Origin: an uncultured Spirochaetota bacterium
GTDB taxonomy: Bacteria; Spirochaetota; Spirochaetia; SZUA-6; Fen-1364
Direction: 5' to 3'
Assembly: GCA_963745235.1 (NCBI GenBank)
Contig: CAVUXE010000077.1
Span: forward strand, 1 to 28,463
DNA: 28,463 nt
The notes beneath the pieces were generated by a model that searched no databases, was not told where the DNA came from, and saw only the letters and a program-made list of their open reading frames with translations. Position 1 is the stretch's first letter. Every line of letters starts with the position of its first letter. The position numbers and the translations under genes were made by a program. Positions 19,907 through 27,910 of this stretch are shown here, one piece after another.

Positions 19907-20935
19907 ATGAGAAGCAGCGCGATAGGGTTTGGTCTCATAGGGGCGGGTGAGGTCTCCGACTTTCACGAAAAGGGGTATCAGGCCGCGAAAAACAAGGGGA
20001 GAATCGTGGCTGTCTGTGACCTTGATGAAAACAAAGCCAGGGAGAAAGCTGCGCCTCATAAAGCCAGGGTCTACACCGATTATCATCAACTGCTTGCGAA
20101 TACAGATGTGGAAGCTGTCGATATCATGCTGCCGCACTTCCTGCACTTTCCTGTCGCTGCGGCTGCGCTGGAGCAGGGGAAGCATGTGATTGTCGAAAAG
20201 CCGATTACGGTCTCCTGGCAGGAGGGAGAGCAATTATGTGAGCTGGCCAGGCGCCAGGGAGTACGGTTCACCGTGGCGGAAAATACCCGGTACGTCACCG
20301 CGTACCAAGAGGTTGAAAAGCTCATCAGGGAGGGTGTCCTGGGAGAACCGTGCCTGATCCGAACGTTCATCTACGGGTCCGAGATGATTCGCCTGCACGA
20401 TCCCAACAGCTGGGTCCGCCGGGACAAAGAATCCGGCGGCGGCGCAACCATCGACATGGCGGCTCATTCCCTGTATCTGCTCAAATGGCTGTTTGGTGAG
20501 CTCAAGGACGTCCAGGCAATGCAGTGGCAATGTGTCGCTGAGACGGAAGTACCGGATAATTCCATCGTCGCCGGAAGGTTGAAAAATGGTGCCATCTATG
20601 CGACCCAATACACTGATACGGCAGAAATCCCCTGGGGAGAAAGACTGGAGGTCTACGGCCGCCAGGGGTCCTTGATTGTTGACCAGCTTCATAATCCTCC
20701 GGCAGTTCTCTATAGAAACAAGGATGACAGTCAAGGAAGACCGCTGAAGAGCGTTCCTTTCGATCCGTTGAATTGGAAGAAGAACTCGATGATCGCCGAG
20801 GTTCAGGCGTTTGTCCAAGCTGTCTGGGAGGACAAACCTCCTTTGCTGGACCCGATGGATGGCGTTTATGTCGTCAAGATGATCGAGAAAGCCTACCTTT
20901 CCGCCAGACAAGGAGGGATAGTCATCACGGCATAG
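19907..20935 (+). CDS. Gfo/Idh/MocA-family oxidoreductase (copy 2)
   Basis: GLIGAGEV, KHVIVEKP, GGGATIDMAAH; shares RTFIYGSE, KWLFGE and TAEIPWGERLE with copy 1. Confidence 0.93.
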   Translation: MRSSAIGFGLIGAGEVSDFHEKGYQAAKNKGRIVAVCDLDENKAREKAAPHKARVYTDYHQLLANTDVEAVDIMLPHFLHFPVAAAALEQGKHVIVEKPITVSWQEGEQLCELARRQGVRFTVAENTRYVTAYQEVEKLIREGVLGEPCLIRTFIYGSEMIRLHDPNSWVRRDKESGGGATIDMAAHSLYLLKWLFGELKDVQAMQWQCVAETEVPDNSIVAGRLKNGAIYATQYTDTAEIPWGERLEVYGRQGSLIVDQLHNPPAVLYRNKDDSQGRPLKSVPFDPLNWKKNSMIAEVQAFVQAVWEDKPPLLDPMDGVYVVKMIEKAYLSARQGGIVITA

Positions 20936-21070
20936 GAGTACATCGAAGGGTTCTTGGAGTTGTCTGGCTGGCTATTCGATCATGGGGAGGATATTCCGAC
21001 TTGAAACGCTGTGCGTTGCCGCGATGCCGTCAGACTTGCTTAACCAGAGGAAGAGGGAGGGGGGTGACAA

Positions 21071-21667
21071 ATGAGTAATCGACACGATTCACATTTCAAC
21101 GGCGCCATCATCGACGCCATCCCCTTTCCACTTTTCGTCGTGGACGAGGATGTGAAAATCGTGGCATTCAACCACGCCGGATCATCTATACTTGGGAATA
21201 AGCCCTCCCTCGCACTCAACACCAAGGGCGGCGAGGCTCTTCATTGCCTCCACTCCACGGAGACCCTTGGCGGCTGCGGAGCATCGGAGGCATGTAGGAC
21301 CTGCGTCGTCCGCGGCTCGGTGGGTATGTCCTGCCGAGACGGGGTCGTGACCCGCCGTCCACAAAGGATGCAGTTGGTGGGCCCTCAAGGTGTGCGCGAT
21401 GTCTACCTGCTCATAACCACCAGCCCTTTCGCGAGCGTCGATCGGACCCTCGCCGTCTTGATGTTTCAGGACATCGGCGACCTTGTCGCTACGCAGGGAA
21501 TTGTGCCGGTCTGTATGCACTGTCGTAAAGTGCGCGACACGTCAAACGGATGGGCGCTCATGGAGCAGTACCTGAAAGATCACCTGGACCTCGACGTTAG
21601 CCACGGCATATGCCCGGATTGTCTGAAGAAGTACTATCCGGAAGTCTCTGCCCAAGCTTCGGACTAA
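21071..21667 (+). CDS. stand-alone PAS-domain protein with two Cys-rich clusters
   Basis: PAS start IIDAIPFPLFVVDED.KIVAFN; internal HC..GCGASEACRTC; C-terminal PVCMHCRKVRD...VSHGICPDC. Confidence 0.85.
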   Translation: MSNRHDSHFNGAIIDAIPFPLFVVDEDVKIVAFNHAGSSILGNKPSLALNTKGGEALHCLHSTETLGGCGASEACRTCVVRGSVGMSCRDGVVTRRPQRMQLVGPQGVRDVYLLITTSPFASVDRTLAVLMFQDIGDLVATQGIVPVCMHCRKVRDTSNGWALMEQYLKDHLDLDVSHGICPDCLKKYYPEVSAQASD

Positions 21668-21823
21668 ACTATTGTTTCGGCGTCAACCTGAAGCCTGATT
21701 CGTGGATGAATATCAGGTGGGCGCCCGGCCACGAGGCGTTTTTTTCGGGCCCTTGAGGACTCCAGTTTGCACTGAGCAAGAATTTGAGGATTATCTGATA
21801 CAGCGTTGAGCCAAGTCGGAGGC

Positions 21824-21858
21824 TTGACAGCTGACATATTCCATTTATAATGATGTCA
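21824..21858 (+). promoter_or_regulatory. consensus sigma70 promoter with an overlapping inverted repeat
   Basis: TTGACA (21824-21829), 16-bp spacer, TATAAT (21846-21851). TGACAT (21832-21837) and ATGTCA (21853-21858) straddle the -10. Confidence 0.8.
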
Positions 21859-21965
21859 TTCCTTTCTAATGTAATTCTTCGCAAAGGCGCTTGTGGCATT
21901 CGCAAAGACACGCCCGACGCCAGGGAATAAGCATCTTTCCAGAAGAAACCTAGAGGGGGTTGCAT

Positions 21966-23003
21966 ATGGGACGTTTTAAGAACGGGCTCGTCATCACAGG
22001 CGGCGCTAGTGGCATCGGCTCGGCTACCGTCAAAGCTGCACTTGCCAGGGGTTGGCCGGTCGCCTTCTGCGATATCCAGCCGAGGGACAAGATCGATCCA
22101 TCGCTTTTGACGGAAAAATCACTCTACGTCGAGGCAAACGTCGCGAAGCCGGACCAGATGATGCATTTCCGCTCGAGCGTGATATGTTCCTTCAAGGAAA
22201 GAGACCTGACCCCGGACAAGCTGAGCGTCGTTGCCTGCGCCGGCATCAGCCGCCGAGGCGATCCGGAACAGGTCCAGTTGATGAAGGACATCAACGAAGG
22301 CGGAACCTTCAACCTTCTTTACGCCTTCGCAAACGATATCCCGGCCGGGGGTGGCCTTTTCGTAGGCTTGAGCTCGATCGTCGCAGCCGAGGGAATCGCG
22401 GTCAAGGGAGATGAGGAGTACAAGTCCACCAAGGCCGAAGCGTGGAAGATCTCCACCGAAGAAGCCCGGGGTCTCGGCGTCGATGGCTTTGCGGTCGCCC
22501 CGGGCGCCATCGATACCCCGATGACGCGGAAGGAGGCCGTCTTCGGAATGCTCCTCCTGGGCGCTGCCAGGACTTTCGGCGGAAACGCCAAACATCCGCT
22601 GAGCAATGAAGTCCTTAGCCTGGCTGGCATTCGCGCTTGCACGACCCCGGCGGTGGTCCTGAAGGGGCTCCTCGGCTCGGCGCTCACAGGAACAGAGGAC
22701 TTCAAGATCGTGGCGGAAACCTTCGAAAAGGACCCTCTGCTTGCCATGGCCGGCGTCCTACGCTTTGTAGGCTACCTCAATCCCAAAGGGGCCGACGGGC
22801 AACGTCACGTCAGGCCCGAGGTCATCGCACGCTCGGTAGAGATACTAACGAAGCTCGACGTGGTTATCGGCCCTGAAGTCGTGGCTCGGCTCCTGCTCGA
22901 CCAACTCGAGAAAGGCAAGGCTCCCGAGGGTGGGCTGCTCAAAGCCTACAGCGCGAACGGCGAAAACCGGGTTACCCAACTCATGAGCGCCTTCGCTGCG
23001 TAG
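21966..23003 (+). CDS. atypical SDR-family oxidoreductase with a long C-terminal insertion
   Basis: AGAGGGGG RBS; ITGGASGIG, ACAGI, LSSIVA, YKSTK, VAPGAIDTPM, then about 110 residues before PEVVARLLL. Confidence 0.85.
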   Translation: MGRFKNGLVITGGASGIGSATVKAALARGWPVAFCDIQPRDKIDPSLLTEKSLYVEANVAKPDQMMHFRSSVICSFKERDLTPDKLSVVACAGISRRGDPEQVQLMKDINEGGTFNLLYAFANDIPAGGGLFVGLSSIVAAEGIAVKGDEEYKSTKAEAWKISTEEARGLGVDGFAVAPGAIDTPMTRKEAVFGMLLLGAARTFGGNAKHPLSNEVLSLAGIRACTTPAVVLKGLLGSALTGTEDFKIVAETFEKDPLLAMAGVLRFVGYLNPKGADGQRHVRPEVIARSVEILTKLDVVIGPEVVARLLLDQLEKGKAPEGGLLKAYSANGENRVTQLMSAFAA

Positions 23004-23022
23004 TTGTCGTCGCAAAGACAAT

Positions 23023-23068
23023 TGACGAAAGACCCCGACGGATAGGTCGTCCTCGGGGTTTTTCGTCA
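23023..23068. terminator. intrinsic terminator, probably bidirectional
   Basis: TGACGAAAGACCCCGA (23023-23038) pairs with TCGGGGTTTTTCGTCA (23053-23068), 20 nt after the SDR stop. Confidence 0.85.
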
Positions 23069-23324
23069 GAGCGGCTTAAGGTGTGCCCGGGTCAGATGCA
23101 TATTCAAGAGATATCTTGCGTAAACGGCCAAGGGCTCTCGGTTGTCCTGATTATCGCATTCCTCTCCGCCAACGGGCAGCCAGGTGTTGCCATCTGAATC
23201 GTGGTGCACCATGATGCCATTGGCATCGCTTGGACGTACCCCTGCGGTGGCAAACCTGCCCTTCCAACTCGTATCGGCCAAGAGAAGTACAGCGGGCGTT
23301 TCGTGCTTCGATCTCCGCGCAAGT

Positions 23325-23476
23325 CTGGCAGCTTCCTCGAGGCGAAGAAGACGATCACGGAAGGGATCGACTGGTACAACCTTGGCCGGCCGCATCAGCC
23401 GTTAGGATACAAGAGCCTCCCGGAATATCGGGCTCACGAACAAACCGCGGTGGCTTGAAAAATGGGGAGCACTACA
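23325..23476 (+). mobile_element. IS3-family transposase C-terminal remnant with right terminal repeat
   Basis: SFLEAKKTITEGIDWYNLGRPHQPLGYKSLPEY..VA* matches the integrase-core tail (YN..RPH..LGY.SP). It is followed by AAATGGGGAGCACTACA, ending in CA as IS3 ends do. Confidence 0.75.
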
Positions 23477-23578
23477 CCGATCCACTATCCCTGTGCTTGG
23501 AGACCTCGGGATACAAGTAGACGTGTCTATGATGATCTACGCCCTGCCTTCCTACCTCCCGGAACCGTTCCGTCTCGC

Positions 23579-24148
23579 TTACTTCGACGCTGCTTCGAGC
23601 TGCTTCAGGGCGTCGGTGCCTGCCAGATTGTCGTTGATATCCGTGTAACTAAGGGCCGTATTTCCATCTTTGTCTTTCGCTTTTGCATCCGCGCCGGCTT
23701 TCAGGAGTATAGTGATGACCTCTGGGTTCTTGGTCACCTTGGCAGCGTACATCAGCACGGTCACCCCGTTGTGGACTCTCTTCGTGTTGAGGTCCGCACC
23801 GGCCGCCAGGAGCGTGGTGACCACCTTGGGATTCGGGTTCTCCCCAGCGGCGAACAGCAGCGCGGTCGCTCCGTTGTTTTCCTGGGCGTTGAGGTCCGCA
23901 CCGGCCGTCAGGAGCGTGGTGATCACCTCCGGATCCGGGTTGAATTCGGCGGCGTACATCAGCGCGGTGCGGCCCCGGCCCGTCGGGTCATTGTCTTTAG
24001 CATTAACGTCCGCACCCTTGCTGATTGCGGTCTGCACGTCCTGTGGCGTTCCGGTCTTTGCCAGCTCAAAGAAGGTCTTTGTCTGTGCATACGCCGAAGC
24101 CGCCATGAGGACCGCAAGAATAACTCCAACCACGATTCGCTTTTTCAC
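23579..24148 (-). CDS. secreted ankyrin-repeat protein
   Basis: GGAGG RBS then GTG; signal peptide KKRIVVGVILAVLMAASAYA; repeats GRTALMYAA..LLTAGADLN, GATALLFAA..LLAAGADLN, GVTVLMYAA..LLKAGAD. Confidence 0.92.
   Translation of the reverse strand: MKKRIVVGVILAVLMAASAYAQTKTFFELAKTGTPQDVQTAISKGADVNAKDNDPTGRGRTALMYAAEFNPDPEVITTLLTAGADLNAQENNGATALLFAAGENPNPKVVTTLLAAGADLNTKRVHNGVTVLMYAAKVTKNPEVITILLKAGADAKAKDKDGNTALSYTDINDNLAGTDALKQLEAASK
23786..23928. repeat. 41-bp intragenic direct repeat with a 102-bp period (ankyrin unit)
   Basis: GTTGAGGTCCGCACCGGCCG(C/T)CAGGAGCGTGGTGA(C/T)CACCT at 23786 and 23888, two mismatches. Confidence 0.85.
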
Positions 24149-24420
24149 TTTATTGCCTCCGTGACCCCGCATTCTACACCTTGAAGCGAAACCACGTCCA
24201 CGCAGCGCAGATCAGTCCTATTAAGGGCGCTTAGATCCAGTGCCCTTTGACAGGTCGCCTTCCATGCATATTCCAAGCCGACTTGTTTGCCACCGCCGAT
24301 TTGCTCTCTGGCTTGCAGGGCATTCACTTTTTCGACAAATGCGCAACATGAGCCAAAGAGAGAAGCGTGCGTGCTCTTAGCCTGCTGCATCTCCTGCTCA
24401 TCTCCTGTCGCACTGCCCGC

Positions 24421-26511
24421 TTATGATAGCTGCTGCGACAGCTCTATTTCGAAAATGCGGGCGCTGTTGTCGGCGAGTGCTGCGTGCAGGATTCCTTCTC
24501 TTTCATTCCAATCGAAAGCGGGAACCCTGTCCCTTGGAAAGGCGCAGCGCACCTTTGATCGCCCGCCGGCCGCCTGCCGGATGGGAAGGTCTGCCGCCCT
24601 CTCCTTGCCTTCCGTTCGCCAAACTGCCACGTAGAGCGTGCTGCCGCAGTCCATTCCAAGGCTCATGTGCTCGTCGGCCATGCTTGCGAGCCCCAGCGGC
24701 CAGAACGGTACGCCCCGGTTCAACCGTTCGCAGATGCTCTTGTGATAGGCGATTCCTTCGTGGACGAACTGCCGGCGTTCTTCGGAGAGCTCGGCCAGGT
24801 GCCCGCTCTGGTGGATGCGAAGCAGGACCGCGCTCACCATGTTGAAGATGGTCTCCTCCACGGTGCCGTCGCGCAGCGGGTACGACCAGATGGCCGCCTG
24901 TTCAGGGGGCAGGGCAGTGGGGCAGTTGGCCGCGATCGCGGCAATCAGGCGGTAGTCGGTCTGGTCGGTCACGGACTGGATGCTGTGACGAGACAGCATC
25001 GACCAGGTCATCCGCATGCCGCCGCTTGAGCAGTTTTCCACCACCAGGGAGGGGTAGCGGACAAACACGCTGTCCAGCCAGTCGAGGTAGGCGCGCGTGT
25101 GCTGCAGCAGGCCGTCGCCCGTGCTGTCGGCGTCCCGTTCGGTCCCGGGTCCCGCGTTGATGTTGTAGTCCATCTTGATGTAGCCGACCCCCCATTCCTC
25201 CACGAGGCGGCGCACCACGCGGTCCGCGTGGTCACGCACGCCGGGATGGCGGAAGTCGAGCTGGTAGCGTCCCTCATCGATGACCGGCCGGCCGTTGCGC
25301 TGGAAGAACCAGTCCTGGGGAACGCGCTCGACCAGGGGACAGCGGATCCCCATGACCTCCAGCTCCAGCCAGAGGCCGGGAATCATCTCTTTCTTGCGGA
25401 TGTAGGCCAGCGGCTCCTGGATCCCGCCCGGAAACCGGGCCTTCGAAGGCAGCCACTCCCCGACGCCGTCCCACCAGGCGCCGTCCGCGTACCAGCCGGC
25501 ATCAATGCAGAAGTAGCGGCAGCCGGCCCGCGCGGCGGCGTCAATGAGCGGGAGAAGCTTCTCCGTGGTCGGGTCGCCGGAGAGGCAGTTCATATAGTCG
25601 TTGAAGATGACGGTGGGATGCTCGTTGTCGTCGTTGGGCCGGCGGATGGCGCGTCGATACCGCGTCAGCTGCTGGATCGAGCGCTCGAATCCGCCCTGCA
25701 CCACCGCGACGGCGCAGGGCTCAGACTGGAAGCGCTCGCCCTTGCGCAGGCGGCGGAGGAACGCGTTCTCCTGGTAGGTGGGACCCGAGAGCTGAAGGTA
25801 CAGCTCGCCGGCGATGTCGCTGAGCTCCCAGTGCCAGGAGGCGTGGGTCTCGATCTGCCAGGTGAGCGTCTGCCCGAGGTCGGTGTTCTCGTAGCTGCCC
25901 ATGGGCAGGTGCTCGGACGCCGGCCAGGTCCCCGTGCTCGTGCGAGAGATGCGCTTTACCGAGAATCGGTTCACCGCGTGGTAGCCCATCTCCGCGAGCG
26001 CGTACGAGCGCCACTGGGCTTCCCCACACCACGTGCTGTGCGGAATGCGCACCACGGCATCACGGTCTCGAGGTCCGCGAGCGCCGCGCGAGAGCCCCGT
26101 CAGCGCAAAGGAGCTGACGTACTCCATGGGCCGCTCCCGCTCCCCCCGGTTCTCGAGCTCCGTCCAGCTGCGGACCACGGGAATCCCGTCGAAGAGCTGC
26201 AGATGGCTGGTCACCAACAGCCCGTCGTGTTGCTGCGTGATCTCCAGCTTCCTGCCGAACCGGTTGCGGGCATCACGGGAGCTCACGTACCGAAGGAGCG
26301 AGCCCGGGCTGGAGCCCGTGTGCTTGCTGCCGTGGTGATCGTTCTGATTCTGGCCCGATTCGTGCACCTCAACCAGTCGAAATGCGCGGGCGATGGCATC
26401 TGCCGGCGGCCGCGACTGCGGATGCGCCGACAGCGAGAGCAGGCGGACATCGCCCTCGTCGGTCACTTGGACCGTCAGGAAAATCCCGTTCTCGTTGCAC
26501 TCGATAGTCAC
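24421..26511 (-). CDS. alpha-galactosidase, glycoside hydrolase family 36
   Basis: GGAGGAG RBS; FNDYMN, FCIDAGWY, PGLWLELE, YIKMDYN (nucleophile), ENCSSGGMR, SVTDQ (acid/base). Confidence 0.93.
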   Translation of the reverse strand: MTIECNENGIFLTVQVTDEGDVRLLSLSAHPQSRPPADAIARAFRLVEVHESGQNQNDHHGSKHTGSSPGSLLRYVSSRDARNRFGRKLEITQQHDGLLVTSHLQLFDGIPVVRSWTELENRGERERPMEYVSSFALTGLSRGARGPRDRDAVVRIPHSTWCGEAQWRSYALAEMGYHAVNRFSVKRISRTSTGTWPASEHLPMGSYENTDLGQTLTWQIETHASWHWELSDIAGELYLQLSGPTYQENAFLRRLRKGERFQSEPCAVAVVQGGFERSIQQLTRYRRAIRRPNDDNEHPTVIFNDYMNCLSGDPTTEKLLPLIDAAARAGCRYFCIDAGWYADGAWWDGVGEWLPSKARFPGGIQEPLAYIRKKEMIPGLWLELEVMGIRCPLVERVPQDWFFQRNGRPVIDEGRYQLDFRHPGVRDHADRVVRRLVEEWGVGYIKMDYNINAGPGTERDADSTGDGLLQHTRAYLDWLDSVFVRYPSLVVENCSSGGMRMTWSMLSRHSIQSVTDQTDYRLIAAIAANCPTALPPEQAAIWSYPLRDGTVEETIFNMVSAVLLRIHQSGHLAELSEERRQFVHEGIAYHKSICERLNRGVPFWPLGLASMADEHMSLGMDCGSTLYVAVWRTEGKERAADLPIRQAAGGRSKVRCAFPRDRVPAFDWNEREGILHAALADNSARIFEIELSQQLS

Positions 26512-26548
26512 CGCTCCTCCCTCGCTGGATCTGCCGCGCGTGACGGGA

Positions 26549-27406
26549 TCACCCCTTCAAGGCGCCGACCGTCATGCCCTTGATGAAGTATCGCTGCAGC
26601 GCGACGAACAGCGTGGCAATCGGGAGCACGGAGATCACGATGGCAGACATGGCCGACGTGTAGTCGTTGGTCTGCTGCGAGAACAGGGACTGGATGGCCA
26701 CAGTGAGCGTGCGCAACCGTCCCGTGCTCACGTAGAGACTGGCCATGAGGTAGTCGTTCCAGATCAGGAAGGACTCCATGATGATCAGGGTGGCCATGGC
26801 CGGCCTCAACAGCGGGATCACGATGCTGAAGAACGTGCGGTACAGCGAGCTGCCGTCCACGCGGGCGGCTTCCTCCAGCTCCACCGGCACGGTGGACATG
26901 AAGCTCGTCATGAGGAACACGCCGAAGGACATGCCCGTTGCCACGTACATGAGGATAACACCGTACGCGGTGTTGGTCAGGTGCATGGAGTAGCCAATGA
27001 TATAGATCGGAAGGAACAGCGCCTGGTAGGGGATGAGGATCCCGATGATGAAGTAGATGTAGGAGAACTTGAAGAAACGTCCGCGGTTACGCGCAATGGC
27101 CCACGAAGCCGCCCCGGCAAAGACCGCGAGGATCAGCACGGACACCCCCGTATAGAACAGGGTGTTGAGGAAGCTGGTGCCCATGTTCAGGCGGTACAGG
27201 GCGTTGGCGTAGTTCTCCCAGTTGAGGCTCTGCGGGAGGGAAAGAGGGCTGCCGAGGTACAACTCCCGGGTCGTCTTGAACGAATAACCCACGACGATCA
27301 GGAGCGGCAGGAGGAACACGGCCGCCACGATGACCACGGCGAGCTGGGCGAAGACCTGGCCGATGATCCGCCTTGCAGGGCCGGCGCGACGGCGGGCCTG
27401 CATCAC
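26549..27406 (-). CDS. carbohydrate ABC transporter permease (MalG-type)
   Basis: VPVELEEAARVDGSS; WNDYL; QRYFIKGMTVGALKG. Confidence 0.95.
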   Translation of the reverse strand: MMQARRRAGPARRIIGQVFAQLAVVIVAAVFLLPLLIVVGYSFKTTRELYLGSPLSLPQSLNWENYANALYRLNMGTSFLNTLFYTGVSVLILAVFAGAASWAIARNRGRFFKFSYIYFIIGILIPYQALFLPIYIIGYSMHLTNTAYGVILMYVATGMSFGVFLMTSFMSTVPVELEEAARVDGSSLYRTFFSIVIPLLRPAMATLIIMESFLIWNDYLMASLYVSTGRLRTLTVAIQSLFSQQTNDYTSAMSAIVISVLPIATLFVALQRYFIKGMTVGALKG

Positions 27407-27910
27407 AGCTGCACCTCACGCTTGCGCAGCACCGACACTTGTATGACCGCAACGATCAGCAGAACCACGACCAGCGTCATGGACAGCGCCGAGCCGTAGC
27501 CGTACTGCCTGCCGCTGATCGCCGTGTTGTAGATCTGGTAGACGATGGAGGTCGAGGCCCGGCCGGGCCCGCCCCCCGTCGAGGATACGATGAGCTCGTA
27601 GACCTTCAGCGATCCGATGGTTATGCCCACGATGCAGATCGTAAAGGCCGGCGCCAGCATCGGGATCGTGATGCCGAAGAACCGCCGCGCCCAGGAAGCG
27701 CCGTCCACGTGGGCCGCCTCGTACAGCTCCCGGGGAATCGACTGCAGGGCCGCGAGGTATATGATCATCCAGTAGCCGATCCACTGCCAGTTGTTGGCCA
27801 CGAGGAGACCTGACAGAACGGAACGGGCGTTGCCCAGGAGCAGGAAGTTGATGTTCGTCCCGAGGGCCGAGTTGATGGCCGGCAGCACGTTGGAGAACAT
27901 GCGAAGCCAC
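27403..27910 (-). pseudogene. carbohydrate ABC transporter permease (MalF-type), N-terminal part missing
   Basis: WQWIGYWMIIYLAALQSIPRELYEAAHVDGA and TGGGPGRAST are present. Upstream of about 27910 the frame is the antisense of MCP sequence. Confidence 0.85.

Noticed and set aside
21860-21960. c-di-GMP-I riboswitch suggested by GCAAAG motifs
   Set aside because: The GGCAAAC..GAAA..GGGACGCAAA two-hairpin layout is absent; kept only as an unexplained repeat.
23066-23395. 109-aa minus-strand ORF
   Set aside because: Its start is the antisense of the IS3 remnant and the rest has no recognisable motif; at most the cut 3' end of a lost gene.
23786-23928. Near-identical repeats as a CRISPR array or DGR template/variable pair
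   Set aside because: Only two copies, in frame at the ankyrin period, with no cas or reverse transcriptase gene in the window.
21071-24420. Integron cassette array
   Set aside because: Genes are in mixed orientation, the SDR has its own promoter and terminator, and I found no integrase or repeated attC-like structure.
25099-27499. Long plus-strand ORFs of 494 and 368 aa
   Set aside because: Antisense shadows of the high-GC GH36 and permease genes, with no motifs.
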